From: Prasinococcaceae sp. CCMP 1430
Lineage: Eukaryota; Plantae; Prasinodermophyta
Assembly: GCA_013416795.1 (NCBI GenBank)
Contig: RQSC01000023.1
Coordinates: forward strand, 89,768 to 153,767
Direction of reading: 5' to 3'
Length of the DNA stretch: 64,000 bases
The position numbers were made by a program, and so were the translations under genes. Below are positions 45,046 to 57,362 of this stretch, one piece after another (position 1 is the first letter of the stretch; every line of letters begins with the position of its first letter). Below the pieces are notes generated by a model. It was not told the origin of the DNA. It searched no databases and saw nothing but the letters and a program-made list of their open reading frames with translations.

Positions 45046-45106
45046 GGCTCGGCGTCGCGCGGGCTCGGCGTCGCGCGGGCTCGGCGTCGCGCGGGCTCGG
45101 CGTCGC
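45046..45106. repeat. 16-bp minisatellite GGCTCGGCGTCGCGCG, 3.8 copies
   Basis: Exact units start at 45046, 45062 and 45078, with a partial unit at 45094. Confidence 0.95.
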
Positions 45107-45325
45107 ATGGACTAGGCCCACAACGCCCTCGCCAATGCCCTCGCTCGCCGCCTCGGCGCCTTCCTCGGGCGCGGCGCACCACGCACGGCTCTCAGGGCCA
45201 TGTTCGGTCATATATTTCGCTTCGCTTTTCATGGTGCGTCCAGTCGCCACCCCCCAGCCAGGTGGTGCAGCTGTCGCGCCACACCGCGCGGCGCGCCCCC
45301 CGACCCCTGACCTCCCCGCCGGCGC

Positions 45326-46468
45326 ATGGCGGCGGCCGCCGTGGGTGGGGACGTGTCGGATGTGGTGCGGGAGCTTCTCGACCAGAAGGTCGTCATCGAG
45401 GCCACCGTCACACAGATTGCGGGCGCCGGCGCCGCCGCGCTCGTGGCGTCGCTCGCCTACGTGCAGTCGGCAGCGGGTCGGGCGGGCAAGCGCCAGGACG
45501 AGGTGCTCGCGGCGGCGGACCCATACCAGGTGGACGCGCCAGTGGTCGAGGTCGTGGCAGAGGGCGAGGTGACCTCGGCCAAGGACGTCTGGGCCGCGAT
45601 CGACGCCAAGCTGAACGCCGAGCCTGCCCCTGCGAGAAAGGACTCCCCGCGGACCGCCCCACTCGGCGCGGTACTGGCGCTTGGAGCGCTCAGCGAGGAC
45701 TCGCGCGGGCGGCTCATTGTCGCGGCCGCCGACGCGCTCAAGGGTGCCGTTGGAGAGGCATCCAGCGCAGAGGATGCGCTCGGTATGGCCTGCGGGTCGG
45801 CCGCGCGTGCGTGGATGGAGGCGGAGGGCAGCGACGGCGGCGAGGAGCTCGCGGGGGCGGCGGTGGTCGACACATCCGATAGGCAACAGGGGCCACTCTA
45901 CGAGCCGGCGTTCGCCTTCCTGAGCGGCGAGGCGCTTGACGGGGTGGAGCCCCTCGATGGCCAGTCGGGGCTCAAGGCAACCGAGGACGCCGTTGTGAGC
46001 GTTGCGGATGCTGTCGCGACGGCCTACCTTGCGGCGATGGCGCAGTCCGCGGGCGGCCTGATCGACGTGCGCCTGCCCGCGTGCGTGTCCACGCGCGGCG
46101 CGGAGCGCTTCCGCAACGAGGCTGCACTGCGGCGATGGCTGCGGCGCACGTTCGTGACCGTCCAAGAGATCTACGAGGACCGCTTCGGCCTGTGGGCGCT
46201 GCTGCCAGGCGGCGTGACCGCCACGACGGGCGCGCTCGGCAGGGCGGAGGTGCGCCGCAACCGGCGTGCGCAGCTGGACGAGCTCAAGGGCGCGCGCCTG
46301 TTTTCGTCGCTGCTGGTCGAGTTCTCCGACGTGGCATACCCGCTCCTGCGCGCATTCAGCCAGCGCGCGGGGCGCGTGCTCAGCTTCGTGCTCGTCACGG
46401 TCATCGGCCAGGGTATCGGCCTCGTCGCGCGCGGCGTGCGCCTGGCGCTGCGGCCGGACAAGGTCTGA
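45326..46468 (+). CDS. DUF3685 / Ycf55-like plastid protein
   Basis: STRGAERFRNE...IYEDRF...RRAQLDEL...LLVEFSD...VIGQGIGLVARG matches the DUF3685 C-terminal pattern. The N-terminus may be incomplete. Confidence 0.75.
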   Translation: MAAAAVGGDVSDVVRELLDQKVVIEATVTQIAGAGAAALVASLAYVQSAAGRAGKRQDEVLAAADPYQVDAPVVEVVAEGEVTSAKDVWAAIDAKLNAEPAPARKDSPRTAPLGAVLALGALSEDSRGRLIVAAADALKGAVGEASSAEDALGMACGSAARAWMEAEGSDGGEELAGAAVVDTSDRQQGPLYEPAFAFLSGEALDGVEPLDGQSGLKATEDAVVSVADAVATAYLAAMAQSAGGLIDVRLPACVSTRGAERFRNEAALRRWLRRTFVTVQEIYEDRFGLWALLPGGVTATTGALGRAEVRRNRRAQLDELKGARLFSSLLVEFSDVAYPLLRAFSQRAGRVLSFVLVTVIGQGIGLVARGVRLALRPDKV

Positions 46469-46725
46469 GCAGCGCGCGCCTTCGCCAGCCACCTGGCGGG
46501 GCGCGCTCTCTGTACAGGCGGGGACCCGCCCTCGCGGCCGCGGCCAGCGCGCTGTGCCGCAGCTCGTGAGCGCGTCTAGAGGCTGCGCCCGCTGCTGTTG
46601 CCCCTACCCCGCCACAATTTTCCCTTTTCTGTGAATCAGAACATACAGTATACATACTGCGACCTGGTTACGACAGGCGCCCGCACCTACCCTCGCGCGC
46701 ACCCCTCAGCGCAGCGGCCCGCGCC

Positions 46726-47184
46726 TCACATCATGCCTGCCGAGAGGTCTTTGAGCTCATCGAGGGTGATTGTGTCCTCGTCGCCAGCAAAGTCATTCTC
46801 CTCGGTCAGGAAGAGCATGCAGTGGCACACTTTTCGCTCGCGCATGGGCACGCACGGGCAGTTCCAGAAGCCGTCGGCGACCTCGGCCTCCTTGTCATCG
46901 TAGTGGCGGCATGGGCACAGCGGCGCGCCGAGCGATTCCTTGTGCTCCGCGAGGCCCTTGATCACGGCCGCTGTCACGCTCTTTTCCACGCAGAACTTGG
47001 TCCCCGAGCGCTTCGCGTACTGTTCGCTAAACTTGCGCATGATTTCCAGCGACTTGCTGTCCTCCGCGGGCGCACAGGCCTGCGCACGCCGTCTGCGCAG
47101 GGGCGCCCTCCTGCGCGCCAGCCCAGGCGCCGCGACCTGCGCGCGCAGCGCCGCCATCGCGCCTGCCCCCCTCGCGGCCGCCAT
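46726..47184 (-). CDS. FTRC: Ferredoxin-thioredoxin reductase catalytic (beta) subunit, plastid
   Basis: CPCRHY, FWNCPCVPMRER and CHCMLF motifs; transit peptide; intronless. Confidence 0.96.
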   Translation of the reverse strand: MAAARGAGAMAALRAQVAAPGLARRRAPLRRRRAQACAPAEDSKSLEIMRKFSEQYAKRSGTKFCVEKSVTAAVIKGLAEHKESLGAPLCPCRHYDDKEAEVADGFWNCPCVPMRERKVCHCMLFLTEENDFAGDEDTITLDELKDLSAGMM

Positions 47185-48245
47185 TACTACTGTAACGCAC
47201 CCCTTTCAGCGCCAGCTCCACCTCACCCACCCTCCTACCCGCCCTCCTCGGGCGCCAGCGCGGGAAGTCCCCGCCCGTCCGCCCCGGGGCTTCCGTGTGC
47301 CCGCCGCCCCCTCCCGCCGCAGGTGCGGGCGCGGCCGCGCAACACCCCCCGCGCGGGTCTCTCGCCAATGGCGCGCCTCGTCGCCCCCACCCCTCGCGCT
47401 CTCGGCCCCCAAACCCCAAAACCCAGCCCGCTCGAGGCCCGCCGCGCTCACTGTGGCGCCCGTGCGCCCGCGCCCCGCCCGCGCCCGGCCCGGCAGGCCC
47501 CCGCCGTCGCGCGCGCGCCGCGCCGCCACCTCGTCGCCGCCGCCGCCCTTTTCTGTTCCGCCCGAGATCTTTTTTCTGCGCCGTCGTGGCCGTGCACCGC
47601 ACGTGACATGGCATGCTGTGCTCCTCCACGGTCGTCCACCAACTCGCGGACCGGGGTGAGACTGGTCGACCCTGGTCAGGGCGGGTTGAGACCCGGGTCT
47701 AGATCAGATGTCCGCTTGGATGCACCGTCGTCGATGGTACAGTACGTCAGAGCGGACGGGAGTGCGAGTGTGATGTGATGGCGAAAACGCACGAGGACGC
47801 GCGCGCGGCGGGCGTTTGAAAAAAAAAAAAAAACGCGGGTTCTGCGCCGCGGCGCGCGCGCGCGCAATTGAAAATTGCGCGCGCGGCATGCCGAGACGCA
47901 CGCGATTCGCGGTGCGGAGCGCGCGAAAAGCCGCGTCCGCGCGTGAAAATATCGACCCTTGTATCTTACCCTAATATGAACCGTAACTGAGTGGGCGGCC
48001 CCGGTCTGCCGAAACCGCATGCGCGCGCACCGCGCACCGCGAGAAACAAAAGGGCGCAAAAAAGAAAAAGAAATGAAAAACGCGCGGTGTGCGTGTGGCG
48101 CAGCGCGGCGCCACGGATTAGGTCTCGGTGGCGGGCTGCGCACCCAGCAGTGCGGGCTGGAGTGGGGGTGGGAGCGGGTGGAATGGGGTGGGGGGCGTGG
48201 CGTCCGTGGCGCTCATGCTGTAGGCACAGCCGCAGCATGGGGCTG

Positions 48246-48248
<3 letters not shown>

Positions 48249-48299
<51 letters not shown>
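48249..48299 (+). repeat. Poly-G run (51 nt); a 30-nt run also occurs at 18163..18192
   Basis: Direct count. Confidence 0.9.
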
Positions 48300-48605
48300 C
48301 GGCGGTGATGCGTGCGCGGGCCAGAGCGCGCGCGGCCGTCTGGCCCCGGTGCCCGCGGCGAAAGAGGGCGCGGCGCGCGTGACGAGCGCGGCGAGCCCGG
48401 CGAGGACCGCCTCGTTCGCGCGAAAGTGCCGGTCGGCGCTTCCCTCGGAGCACCGACGCCTGGCGCCAGCCGCTAGCCTGCCCGCGACGCAGGGCCGCTG
48501 CGCGCGGCTGGACGTCTTCGCGAGCGGCGCGTCTCTCCGCTGCTGCCCGTCGCAGTGCCGGACTGTACGCCAGGGGCTGTCTGACTCGCTCTGTGCTCTG
48601 CAGCT

Positions 48606-49703
48606 ATGCTTCATCCGGCCTCATCGCTAGCCGGGCGTGCCGTGCCGCTTCGCAGTGCCTTGAGCCAGGGTAGGGTGGCGCGGGCGTCCCGCAGGGCGGC
48701 GGGCAGGCGCAGGCAGGCCGTGGCGTTGCAGGCGCCGGAGGTGGTCGAGTGCGATGTGTGTATTGTGGGAGGCGGCCCAGCGGGATGCACATGCGCGCTT
48801 TACACGTCGCGGGCGGACCTGAAAACAGTCGTGCTGGACAAGAACAACACGACGGGGGCGCTGGCCATCACGTCCACGATCGCCAACTACCCGGGGGTGG
48901 ACAAGACGATGCCCGGCCAGCAGCTGCTGGACGAGATGGTGAAACAGTGCCAAGATTACGGCACCGACTACCGCCGGGCGCAGGTGTTCCTGGTGAACAC
49001 CGTCGGCGAGTACAAGTACGTGTACACCCCGGACGCCACTTACAAGGCCCGCGCCCTCGTGCTGGCCACTGGCGCCATGGGCCGAAAGGCCTCTTTCGAG
49101 GGTGAAGACACGTACCTGGGGAAGGGTGTGAGCTACTGCGCCACTTGTGACGGGGCCTTCTACCGCGACGAGGAGGTGGCCGTGATCGGCGTGACCCAGG
49201 AGGCCGTGGAGGAGGCCCAGTTCCTGACGAAGTTCGCCAGCACGGTGCACTGGATCACGAGCAAGGATCCCGAGGGGGTGCCCTTCGCCGACGACCTGCT
49301 GGCGTGCAAGAACGTCAAGCACTGGAACAAGACGAGGCTGCTGAGCATCGACGGTGACGACAGCGGGGTGACGGGCGTCACGATCAAGCAGCGGACCGCT
49401 GAGGATGAGCAGACGCTGGATGTGACGGGGGCGTTCGTGTACGTCGCAGGGCAGCTTCCCATCACCGACTTCTGCAAGGCCTCTGGCCTCAGGTTCCTCG
49501 AGGAGGGGAACCACGAGAGCGGTTTGTGGGTGAACGACGAGATGTGCACCAGCGAGCCCGGAGTATACGCGATCGGGGACATCAGGAACACACCTTACAA
49601 GCAGGTGGTGGTGGCGGCGGCCGACGGTTGCATCGCCGCCATGGCCATCGACAAGTACCTGAAGGGCCGGAACCGGGTTCTGGTGGACTGGGTCCACAAG
49701 TGA
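48606..49703 (+). CDS. Low-molecular-weight flavin thioredoxin reductase, DTR/FFTR-like (NADPH-independent), plastid-targeted
   Basis: IVGGGPAG (FAD), GVSYCATCDG redox motif and YAIGD. The NADPH motifs are replaced (GVTQEA, TSKD) and the C-terminal tail is VDWVHK. Confidence 0.85.
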   Translation: MLHPASSLAGRAVPLRSALSQGRVARASRRAAGRRRQAVALQAPEVVECDVCIVGGGPAGCTCALYTSRADLKTVVLDKNNTTGALAITSTIANYPGVDKTMPGQQLLDEMVKQCQDYGTDYRRAQVFLVNTVGEYKYVYTPDATYKARALVLATGAMGRKASFEGEDTYLGKGVSYCATCDGAFYRDEEVAVIGVTQEAVEEAQFLTKFASTVHWITSKDPEGVPFADDLLACKNVKHWNKTRLLSIDGDDSGVTGVTIKQRTAEDEQTLDVTGAFVYVAGQLPITDFCKASGLRFLEEGNHESGLWVNDEMCTSEPGVYAIGDIRNTPYKQVVVAAADGCIAAMAIDKYLKGRNRVLVDWVHK

Positions 49704-50719
49704 AGTGGAGCGAGCCCTTCCTTGTGCTTGTCGATGTCACAATTTTTCGGCGGCGCCCGTTGCGTGCGGTGGGCTGCGTTGTTCACGAGCATGCGCGCGC
49801 GCGATATTGGAGCGTGCGTGGTATAAACGGCGATCGCTTTTGTTTCGAAGATGGGCAGTCATACAGAGTCTCTTTGCGGCGTGCGATGCTGTCCGTTGCC
49901 CTGCGAGTCACTGCAGCAGTCACCGTGCACGCGCGCAACCCTTCGGTCCTCGAAGTACTTCGGAAGCACTTCAATTCCGTGAGAGGTGCTAGTCGTAATT
50001 TACTAGTAGGTCATATATAGCCACGGGAAAGCACTTACACGAATTCATATCAAAGAGCCTGCTGGTGGCAGCCACTCGTACGGTGTGTGAGCGCGTGCAG
50101 GCAAAACCTCTCGCCTTGCACCTGCACGTGCGCAGGCGCGTTCGCCGTGCGCTCGCGAGCTGGCGAGCGGGGGTGCTCGCACGCGTGCCGCCAGCAGCTT
50201 CCGCGGCCAGCGCTGCAGGACCTCCTTGTCTCCACACTTGGAGATCTCGGTCGGGCGTGCAGGGGGGCGCAGTGATGCCGGGACTGGCTACCCTGGCCTG
50301 CGCGCGCGCACAGGCATCGCGGACGCGGTCGCCCAATGGGCAGCCCGCGCTCGAGGGCGCACCTCCACCAGCCAGAGCGCGCGAGCGAGCGCGAGGACAT
50401 AGCAGCACCCTACGGCATCGACGCGATCGATGCGTCATGCGGAGGGCGTCAATAGCCTGTGCGCAGACACGGCGGGCGGCGGCAGCGTCCTCGACGGGTG
50501 CACAGGCGTGGCTGCGCCGGAGAGGGCATCGGGCGTGCAGGCGCGAGCTGGGCGGGCGGCGCGGAGAAGCAGTGTCACGCGTGCCAGCTGCTGCGGCGCT
50601 CCGATTGCGTCCAATCGCATCCATCAATCAGTGCGGGCCAGAGCTGCCTGCCGCTGCGGCGAGGCCTGCGCCGCGCCGACGACCGCAGCGGCGCCGTTCC
50701 CCATCGGCACACCCACCCC

Positions 50720-51451
50720 TCAGCTGCCCCCTCGCCCCACACCCCCACCCCCACCCCTCGTGCTTCCCAGCTCATGTCCTGCCTCCTTCGATCGCGTGCT
50801 TGTAGGTCGCTCGTGGGCTGCGGCGGTCGGGCCCGGCGCTGCGGCCCGCTGCCGCTGCGGGCGCCCGCGCNCGGTCACCGCCGCGTCTGCCTCAGCGAGC
50901 TTCACGCGCGTCTCAGCCGTCTGCGCTGAGTCTCTCTCCGCGCAGACGAGCCTCTCGCGCATGCCGTCGATCTCCCGCTCGGCGGCGCAGCATCTCGCAT
51001 CACACTCGGCGCGCGCCTCTAACGCCTGATCACGAGCGCACTCAGCGGCCTGCAGCTGCTCCCGAAGCGCCTGAGCCTCTCGCTGCATGTCTCTCTCCAG
51101 GTTTGTGCAAGCGAGCGCCTCCTCCACGAGGCGCTCGTTGATCTCCTCGAGCTCCTTCCGCGCACCGACGTCCGCTTCAGCGCGCTCGCGCAAGGCGATG
51201 CTGTCTGCCTGCGCGGCCTGGAGGTCCGACAGCGCAGCCGCAAGCTTAGCCTCGAGAGAGCAGAGCTGCGCCTTGTCGTCCTCTCGCTCGCGGGCTACCG
51301 ACGACGTGTGGTCCGCGCTGTGAGCGAGCGCCGCCTTTGCCTCCTCGTTCGCGGCCTTCGCAGACGCCTCCGCCGCGCTCGCGCGCGCCTCCGCATCCTC
51401 AGCGCGACGCACTGCAGCGGCATTCGCAGCGACGGCCTGATCTTGCACCAA
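50720..51451 (-). CDS. Coiled-coil protein exon; start and end unresolved
   Basis: Heptad-rich Ala/Glu/Arg text (LEAKLAAALSDLQAAQ; LEEINERLVEE). No ATG at the ORF start. Confidence 0.55.
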   Translation of the reverse strand: MVQDQAVAANAAAVRRAEDAEARASAAEASAKAANEEAKAALAHSADHTSSVAREREDDKAQLCSLEAKLAAALSDLQAAQADSIALRERAEADVGARKELEEINERLVEEALACTNLERDMQREAQALREQLQAAECARDQALEARAECDARCCAAEREIDGMRERLVCAERDSAQTAETRVKLAEADAAVTXRGRPQRQRAAAPGPTAAAHERPTSTRSKEAGHELGSTRGGGGGVGRGGS

Positions 51452-52933
51452 CCAATGCGCGGCCTGTGCGTTTTGATGGGGCGCGCCGCGGGCGGCGCGA
51501 ACGCACGCGCGCGCTTCGCCTCGGCGCGCGCGCGCGAAATCGGAATCGGCGGCGGGGCTCCAGGACGAAGCGCGCCTTCATTACGGTCACGCCTTCATTA
51601 GGGTTTCTATCCCTGGTTGGATGACGTCATTTCGGATCTCGTTCCCGTTCCGCGCGCGGCCGCGCCGCCCCCACATGCGAAGCGCCCGCCCCGACCCCGA
51701 ACCCGGGAGCGCGCGCGAGCGAGGATCAGATGACGAGGCCATATGTATGTCAGCTCTATCCGCTCGCGCGCGGCGCGCGTCGCGGCGTCGCGGCGTCGCT
51801 CGCGCGCGCGCGCGCGATCTTCTGCGCGCGCGATCGCGATCGCGGGGGCGCGCGCCATCAAAACGCATGGGATCTGCCGCGACGCGCCCCGCGCGATCGC
51901 GTTGGGCATCGATCCGGGCCCATCCGGCCCCATCCCCGCCCCATCCCCGCCCCCGCGGCGCGCATGCGATCTGATACGGCCGAGGGGGCGGGCGCGCGGC
52001 GGCCCGGCCGCCGGGGCNNNNNNNNNNNNNNNNNNNNNNNNNNNNNNNNNNNNNNNNNNNNNNNNNNNNNNNNNNNNNNNNNNNNNNNNNNNNNNNNNNN
52101 NNNNNNNNNNNNNNNNNNNNNNNNNNNNNNNNNNNNNNNNNNNNNNNNNNNNNNNNNNNNNNNNNNNNNNNNNNNNNNNNNNNNNNNNNNNNNNNNNNNN
52201 NNNNNNNNNNNNNNNNNNNNNNNNNNNNNNNNNNNNNNNNNNNNNNNNNNNNNNNNNNNNNNNNNNNNNNNNNNNNNNNNNNNNNNNNNNNNNNNNNNNN
52301 NNNNNNNNNNNNNNNNNNNNNNNNNNNNNNNNNNNNNNNNNNNNNNNNNNNNNNNNNNNNNNNNNNNNNNNNNNNNNNNNNNNNNNNNNNNNNNNNNNNN
52401 NNNNNNNNNNNNNNNNNNNNNNNNNNNNNNNNNNNNNNNNNNNNNNNNNNNNNNNNNNNNNNNNNNNNNNNNNNNNNNNNNCGGCCCCGCCTGCGGCGCA
52501 TTCGATGTGCCGCGCAGCGCGGCGGCGGCGCAGCGCCGGCGCGCGCGCGTGCGTGTGTGTGTGGGACGGGGGGGCGTGCAGCGCGGTGCGCGAAGGGAGG
52601 CGCGAGGAGAACGCGCGATTCCCGCGAGGATCGCGCGGGCACGATGCATTGCAGCCTGCCCGCACCCCCCCGGCACCCCAACTTGCGCCCAGCGAGTGGA
52701 TTGCCGCGTCCTCGCGCGGCAGCACTGCGCGCCGCGCCACTCCCTCTTCCCGGCCGCGCGCGCCCGATTGCGCGCATGAGCTGAATGGGCGGGGATGCGG
52801 ATGCGATGCGCTCGGCTGCATCATCTGACTGACGTCGCTCCGCGCCACCACCGCTTCGCGCCCATCCTGCCCGTGTCCTGCGCTGCGCGCAGTCCGCCGC
52901 TCCCGCACCGCGCCGCGCGCCCCCGCGCGCGCG

Positions 52934-55900
52934 ATGATGGGCGGCGGCCCCGCCGGCGGCGGCAACGGCCTCTTCACGCAGACGACGCCCGAGGCGCGCC
53001 GCATCAAGCCTGACCCGCGCGGCCGCCCGGTGGTGAAGATCGTGTACGTGGTGCTCGAGGCGCAGTACCAGAGCTCGCTGACCGACGCCGTGGCGAGCAT
53101 CAACAAGAAGTCGGACGACTTCTGCGTCGAGATGGTCGGCTACCTGCTGGAGGAGCTGCGCGACCCCGACAACTTCGAGACCTTCAAGAAGGACGTGGGT
53201 GCGGCCAACGTGTTCATTGGCTCGCTCATCTTCGTGGAGGACCTGGCGGAGAAGCTGCGCGTGGTCGTCGAGGCCGAGCGCCCGCGCCTGGACGCGTGCC
53301 TCATCTTCCCCTCGATGCCCGCCGTCATGCGCCTCAACAAGCTCGGCTCGTTCTCCATGTCGCAGCTCGGCCAGTCCAAGAGCGCCATCGGCTCCTTCAT
53401 GAAGAAGCAGAAGGAGAACAACGACAACTTCGAGGAGGGCCTGCTCAAGCTCATCCGCACGCTGCCCAAGGTGCTCAAGTACCTGCCCGCGGAGAAGGCC
53501 CAGGACGCGCGCCGCTTCATGATGTCCCTGCAGTACTGGCTCGGCGGCTCGTCGGACAACCTCGAGAACTTCCTCACCATGATCTCCGACGCGTACGTGC
53601 CGGCGCTCGCCGATGCCTCGCTCGAGTTCGGCGAGCCCGTGGTGTTCCCGGACGTGGGCATCTGGCACCCGACCGCCCCACGCATGTACGAGGACGTCAA
53701 CGACTACCTCAGCTGGTGCAACTCGCGCTCGGACATCAAGTTCGCGCCGGACGCGCCCACTGTGGGCCTCGTCCTCCAGCGCTCGCACCTGGTGACCGGC
53801 GATGAGGGCCACTACGCCGGCATGGTGTCGCAGATCGAGGCCATGGGCGCGCGCTGCATCCCGATCTTCTCGGGCGCCCTCGACTTCTCGGGCCCCGTCA
53901 AGGACTACTTCTACGACGGCGTGGCGCGCAAGCCGCTCGTCGACTCGGTGGTGAGCCTGACGGGCTTCGCGCTGGTCGGCGGCCCCGCGCGCCAGGACCA
54001 CCCCAAGGCGATCGAGACGCTCAAGATGCTCAACGTGCCGTACATGGTGAGCCTCCCGCTCGTGTTCCAGACGACCGAGGAGTGGAAGGACTCGACGCTC
54101 GGCCTGCACCCCGTGCAGGTGGCGCTCCAGGTCGCGCTGCCCGAGCTTGACGGCGGCATCGAGCCGGTCATCTTCTCGGGTCGCGACTCCAGGACGGGCA
54201 AGTCGCACTCCATGTACGACCGCATCGACGTGGTCGCGCGCCGCGCGGTCAAGTACGCCTCGCTGCGCACCAAGAAGGCCAAGGACAAGAAGCTCGCCAT
54301 CACCGTCTTCTCCTTCCCCCCCGACAAGGGCAACGTGGGCACCGCCGCCTACCTGAACGTCTTCAGCTCCATCTACCGCGTGATGCGCGAGATGAAGCGC
54401 CAGGGCTACACCGTCGACCTGCCGCGCTCCGAGGAGGAGCTGCTCGAGCAGGTCATCTCGGACAAGGAGGCCAAGCTGTCCAGCCCCGAGCTCAACATCG
54501 CCTACCGCATGTCCAAGGACGAGTACGAGGAGCTCACGCCCTACTCGAAGGACCTCGAGGAGAGCTGGGGCCCGCCGCCGGGCAACCTCAACTCGGACGG
54601 CCAGAACCTGCTCATCTACGGCAAGGAGTTCGGCAACGTGTTCATCGGCGTGCAGCCGACCTTCGGCTACGAGGGCGACCCGATGCGCCTGCTCTTCTCC
54701 AAGAGCGCCAGCCCGCACCACGGCTTCGCCGCGTACTACACCTTCCTTGAGCGCGTCTTCGACGCCGACGCGGTGCTCCACTTCGGCACGCACGGCTCGC
54801 TCGAGTTCATGCCGGGCAAGCAGGTGGGCATGTCGGGCGGCTGCTACCCCGACTCGCTCATCGGCAGCATTCCCAACCTGTACTACTACGCCGCGAACAA
54901 CCCGTCCGAGGCGACCATCGCGAAGCGCCGCGGCTACGCGCAGACCATCTCCTACCTCACCCCGCCCGCCGAGAACGCCGGCCTGTACAAGGGGCTGCAG
55001 GAGCTCTCGGAGCTCATCAGCTCGTACCAGTCCCTGAAGGACACCGGCCGCGGCGAGGCCATCGTCGGCACCATCGTCGCGACCGCCAAGACGGTCAACC
55101 TCGACAAGGACGTCGACCTGCCCGAGGAGGACGCCATCGACTCGCTCAGCGACGAGGAGCGCGACAACGTGGTCGGCTCGGTGTACCAGCGCCTCATGGA
55201 GATCGAGTCGCGCCTGCTGCCGACCGGCCTGCACGTCATCGGCGACGCGCCGAGCGCCGAGGAGGCCGTCGCCACCCTGGTGAACATCGCCTCCATCGAC
55301 CGCGAGGAGGAGGGCATCCGCGGCATCCCCGACATCCTCGCCGAGGCGCGCGGCACCACCATCGACGAGGTGTACAAGCAGAACGACCTGGGCACGCTCG
55401 AGGGCGTGCAGCTCAACAAGGACATCACCGACGCGACTAGGGCGGCCGTTAGGGCCTTCGTGGGCGACGTCACCGACTTCCGCGGCAAGGTCAAGCGCTC
55501 GCTCAAGCAGGACGCTTTCACCGTCGCCATGGGCAAGCTCTTCAAGAAGGAGCCCAGCTACGTCAAGGCGCTGAACGAGCTCGGCTTCGAGGGCGCCAAC
55601 AAGGACGACCTGCGCGGCGTCTTCGACTACCTCAGCTTCTGCCTCACGCAGGTGGTCAAGGACCAGGAGCTCGAGGGCTTCTTCGAGGCGCTCGAGGGCA
55701 AGTTCGTGCTGCCGGGCCCCGGCGGCGACCCGATCCGCAACCCGAAGGTGCTGCCGTCCGGCCGCAACATCCACGCGCTCGACCCGCAGGCTATCCCGAC
55801 GGCCGCCGCATGCAAGAACGCGGAGGGCGTCGTGGAGCGCCTCATCGCCCGCGAGAAGGAGCAGAACGGCGGCAAGTACCCCGAGTCCATCGCGCTCGTG

Positions 55901-56953
55901 CTGTGGGGCACGGACAACATCAAGACGTACGGCGAGAGCCTTGCGCAGGTGCTGCTCATCGCCGGCGTGCGCCCCAAGCCGGACGCGCTCGGCCGCGTCA
56001 ACAAGGTGGAGCTCATCCCGCTGGAGGAGCTCGGCCGCCCGCGCATCGACGTCGTGGTGAACTGCTCGGGCGTCTTCCGCGACCTGTTCATCAACCAGAT
56101 GAACCTGCTCGACCAGGGCATCAAGCTCGCCGCCGAGGCCGCCGACGAGCCGGACGAGATGAACTACGTGCGCAAGCACGCCAAGGCGCAGGCTGAGGAG
56201 CTCGGCGTGTCGGTGCGCCAGGCGGCCACGCGCGTGTTCTCCAACGCGTCGGGCTCGTACTCGTCCAACGTCAACCTGGCCGTCGAGAACTCGAGCTGGT
56301 CTGACGAATCGCAGCTGCAGGAGATGTACCTCGAGCGCAAGTCGTTCGCGTTCAACTCGGACACGCCGGGCAGCGGCATGGACGAGAACCGCCAAATCTT
56401 CGAGTCGGCGCTGCAGAACGTCGATGCGACGTTCCAGAACCTCGACTCGAGCGAGATCTCGCTGACCGACGTCAGCCACTACTTCGACTCCGACCCCACC
56501 AAGCTGGTGGCGTCGGTGCGCAAGGACGGAAAGATGCCCTCGGCGTACATCGCCGACACCACCACCGCCAACGCGCAGGTGCGCACGCTGAGCGAGACGG
56601 TGCGCCTCGACTCGCGCACCAAGCTGCTTAACCCCAAGTGGTACGAGGGCATGCTCGACAGCGGCTACGAGGGCGTGCGCGAGGTGCAGAAGCGCCTGAC
56701 CAACACCATGGGCTGGTCGGCGACGGGCGGCGCTGTGGACAACTTCGTCTACGAGGAGGCCAACGAGGTGTACATCAACGACCCGGAGATGCAGAAGCGG
56801 CTCATGGAGACGAACCCTTCGAGCTTCCGCAAGATGGTGGCCACCTTCCTCGAGGCAAACGGGCGCGGCTACTGGGAGACGTCCGAGGAGAACCTCGAGA
56901 GGCTCAGGGAGCTCTACACCGAGGTCGAGGACAAGATCGAGGGCGTCGAGTAA
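52934..56953 (+). CDS. CHLH: Magnesium chelatase subunit H; transit-peptide exon probably upstream
   Basis: [55 protein letters not shown] and [10 protein letters not shown]-type terminus ([12 protein letters not shown]). Confidence 0.98.
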   Translation: MMGGGPAGGGNGLFTQTTPEARRIKPDPRGRPVVKIVYVVLEAQYQSSLTDAVASINKKSDDFCVEMVGYLLEELRDPDNFETFKKDVGAANVFIGSLIFVEDLAEKLRVVVEAERPRLDACLIFPSMPAVMRLNKLGSFSMSQLGQSKSAIGSFMKKQKENNDNFEEGLLKLIRTLPKVLKYLPAEKAQDARRFMMSLQYWLGGSSDNLENFLTMISDAYVPALADASLEFGEPVVFPDVGIWHPTAPRMYEDVNDYLSWCNSRSDIKFAPDAPTVGLVLQRSHLVTGDEGHYAGMVSQIEAMGARCIPIFSGALDFSGPVKDYFYDGVARKPLVDSVVSLTGFALVGGPARQDHPKAIETLKMLNVPYMVSLPLVFQTTEEWKDSTLGLHPVQVALQVALPELDGGIEPVIFSGRDSRTGKSHSMYDRIDVVARRAVKYASLRTKKAKDKKLAITVFSFPPDKGNVGTAAYLNVFSSIYRVMREMKRQGYTVDLPRSEEELLEQVISDKEAKLSSPELNIAYRMSKDEYEELTPYSKDLEESWGPPPGNLNSDGQNLLIYGKEFGNVFIGVQPTFGYEGDPMRLLFSKSASPHHGFAAYYTFLERVFDADAVLHFGTHGSLEFMPGKQVGMSGGCYPDSLIGSIPNLYYYAANNPSEATIAKRRGYAQTISYLTPPAENAGLYKGLQELSELISSYQSLKDTGRGEAIVGTIVATAKTVNLDKDVDLPEEDAIDSLSDEERDNVVGSVYQRLMEIESRLLPTGLHVIGDAPSAEEAVATLVNIASIDREEEGIRGIPDILAEARGTTIDEVYKQNDLGTLEGVQLNKDITDATRAAVRAFVGDVTDFRGKVKRSLKQDAFTVAMGKLFKKEPSYVKALNELGFEGANKDDLRGVFDYLSFCLTQVVKDQELEGFFEALEGKFVLPGPGGDPIRNPKVLPSGRNIHALDPQAIPTAAACKNAEGVVERLIAREKEQNGGKYPESIALVLWGTDNIKTYGESLAQVLLIAGVRPKPDALGRVNKVELIPLEELGRPRIDVVVNCSGVFRDLFINQMNLLDQGIKLAAEAADEPDEMNYVRKHAKAQAEELGVSVRQAATRVFSNASGSYSSNVNLAVENSSWSDESQLQEMYLERKSFAFNSDTPGSGMDENRQIFESALQNVDATFQNLDSSEISLTDVSHYFDSDPTKLVASVRKDGKMPSAYIADTTTANAQVRTLSETVRLDSRTKLLNPKWYEGMLDSGYEGVREVQKRLTNTMGWSATGGAVDNFVYEEANEVYINDPEMQKRLMETNPSSFRKMVATFLEANGRGYWETSEENLERLRELYTEVEDKIEGVE

Positions 56954-57362
56954 GGGTCTGCCCGGGACGGCTGCTTTTAGTGCTCTGGCTAACGCTTTTT
57001 TGTGTGTGTTTACTATTTACGTTAAGATAAAACATTTTTTCGATGCGCCCACGGCCCGCAGCGCAGCGGCGAGTGTTAGGGTGTGCGCGTGTGAGCGGAC
57101 CCTGCCTACCTACCACCCGTGCGCACTGGCCTTGCGTGCGCGCGCGCGCATTGGAGGTCCACGCGGCGCGCGGGACCTCGAGGGCAATACCCCATGAAAG
57201 CTATGTTACAGTGTCGACAGTGAAGAGCTCAGGCCAACCTGACCCCTCGGCCCCCTGTCGTATATACGTTGGGTGTCCCGCCCATTACCACCCGATCGCC
57301 GAAACCATCAAAAATGCCGCTGCCTAGCCCATTTCCACCACCGTGCTTCACCCCATCGTCAA

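Noticed and set aside
45046-45106. 16-bp repeat as a CRISPR-like array
   Set aside because: Contiguous units with no spacers, no cas genes, eukaryotic context.
47640-47790. Possible structured ncRNA or snoRNA in the FTR/FFTR intergenic region
   Set aside because: Short palindromes only; no complete C/D, H/ACA, snRNA, tRNA or SRP signature recognised.
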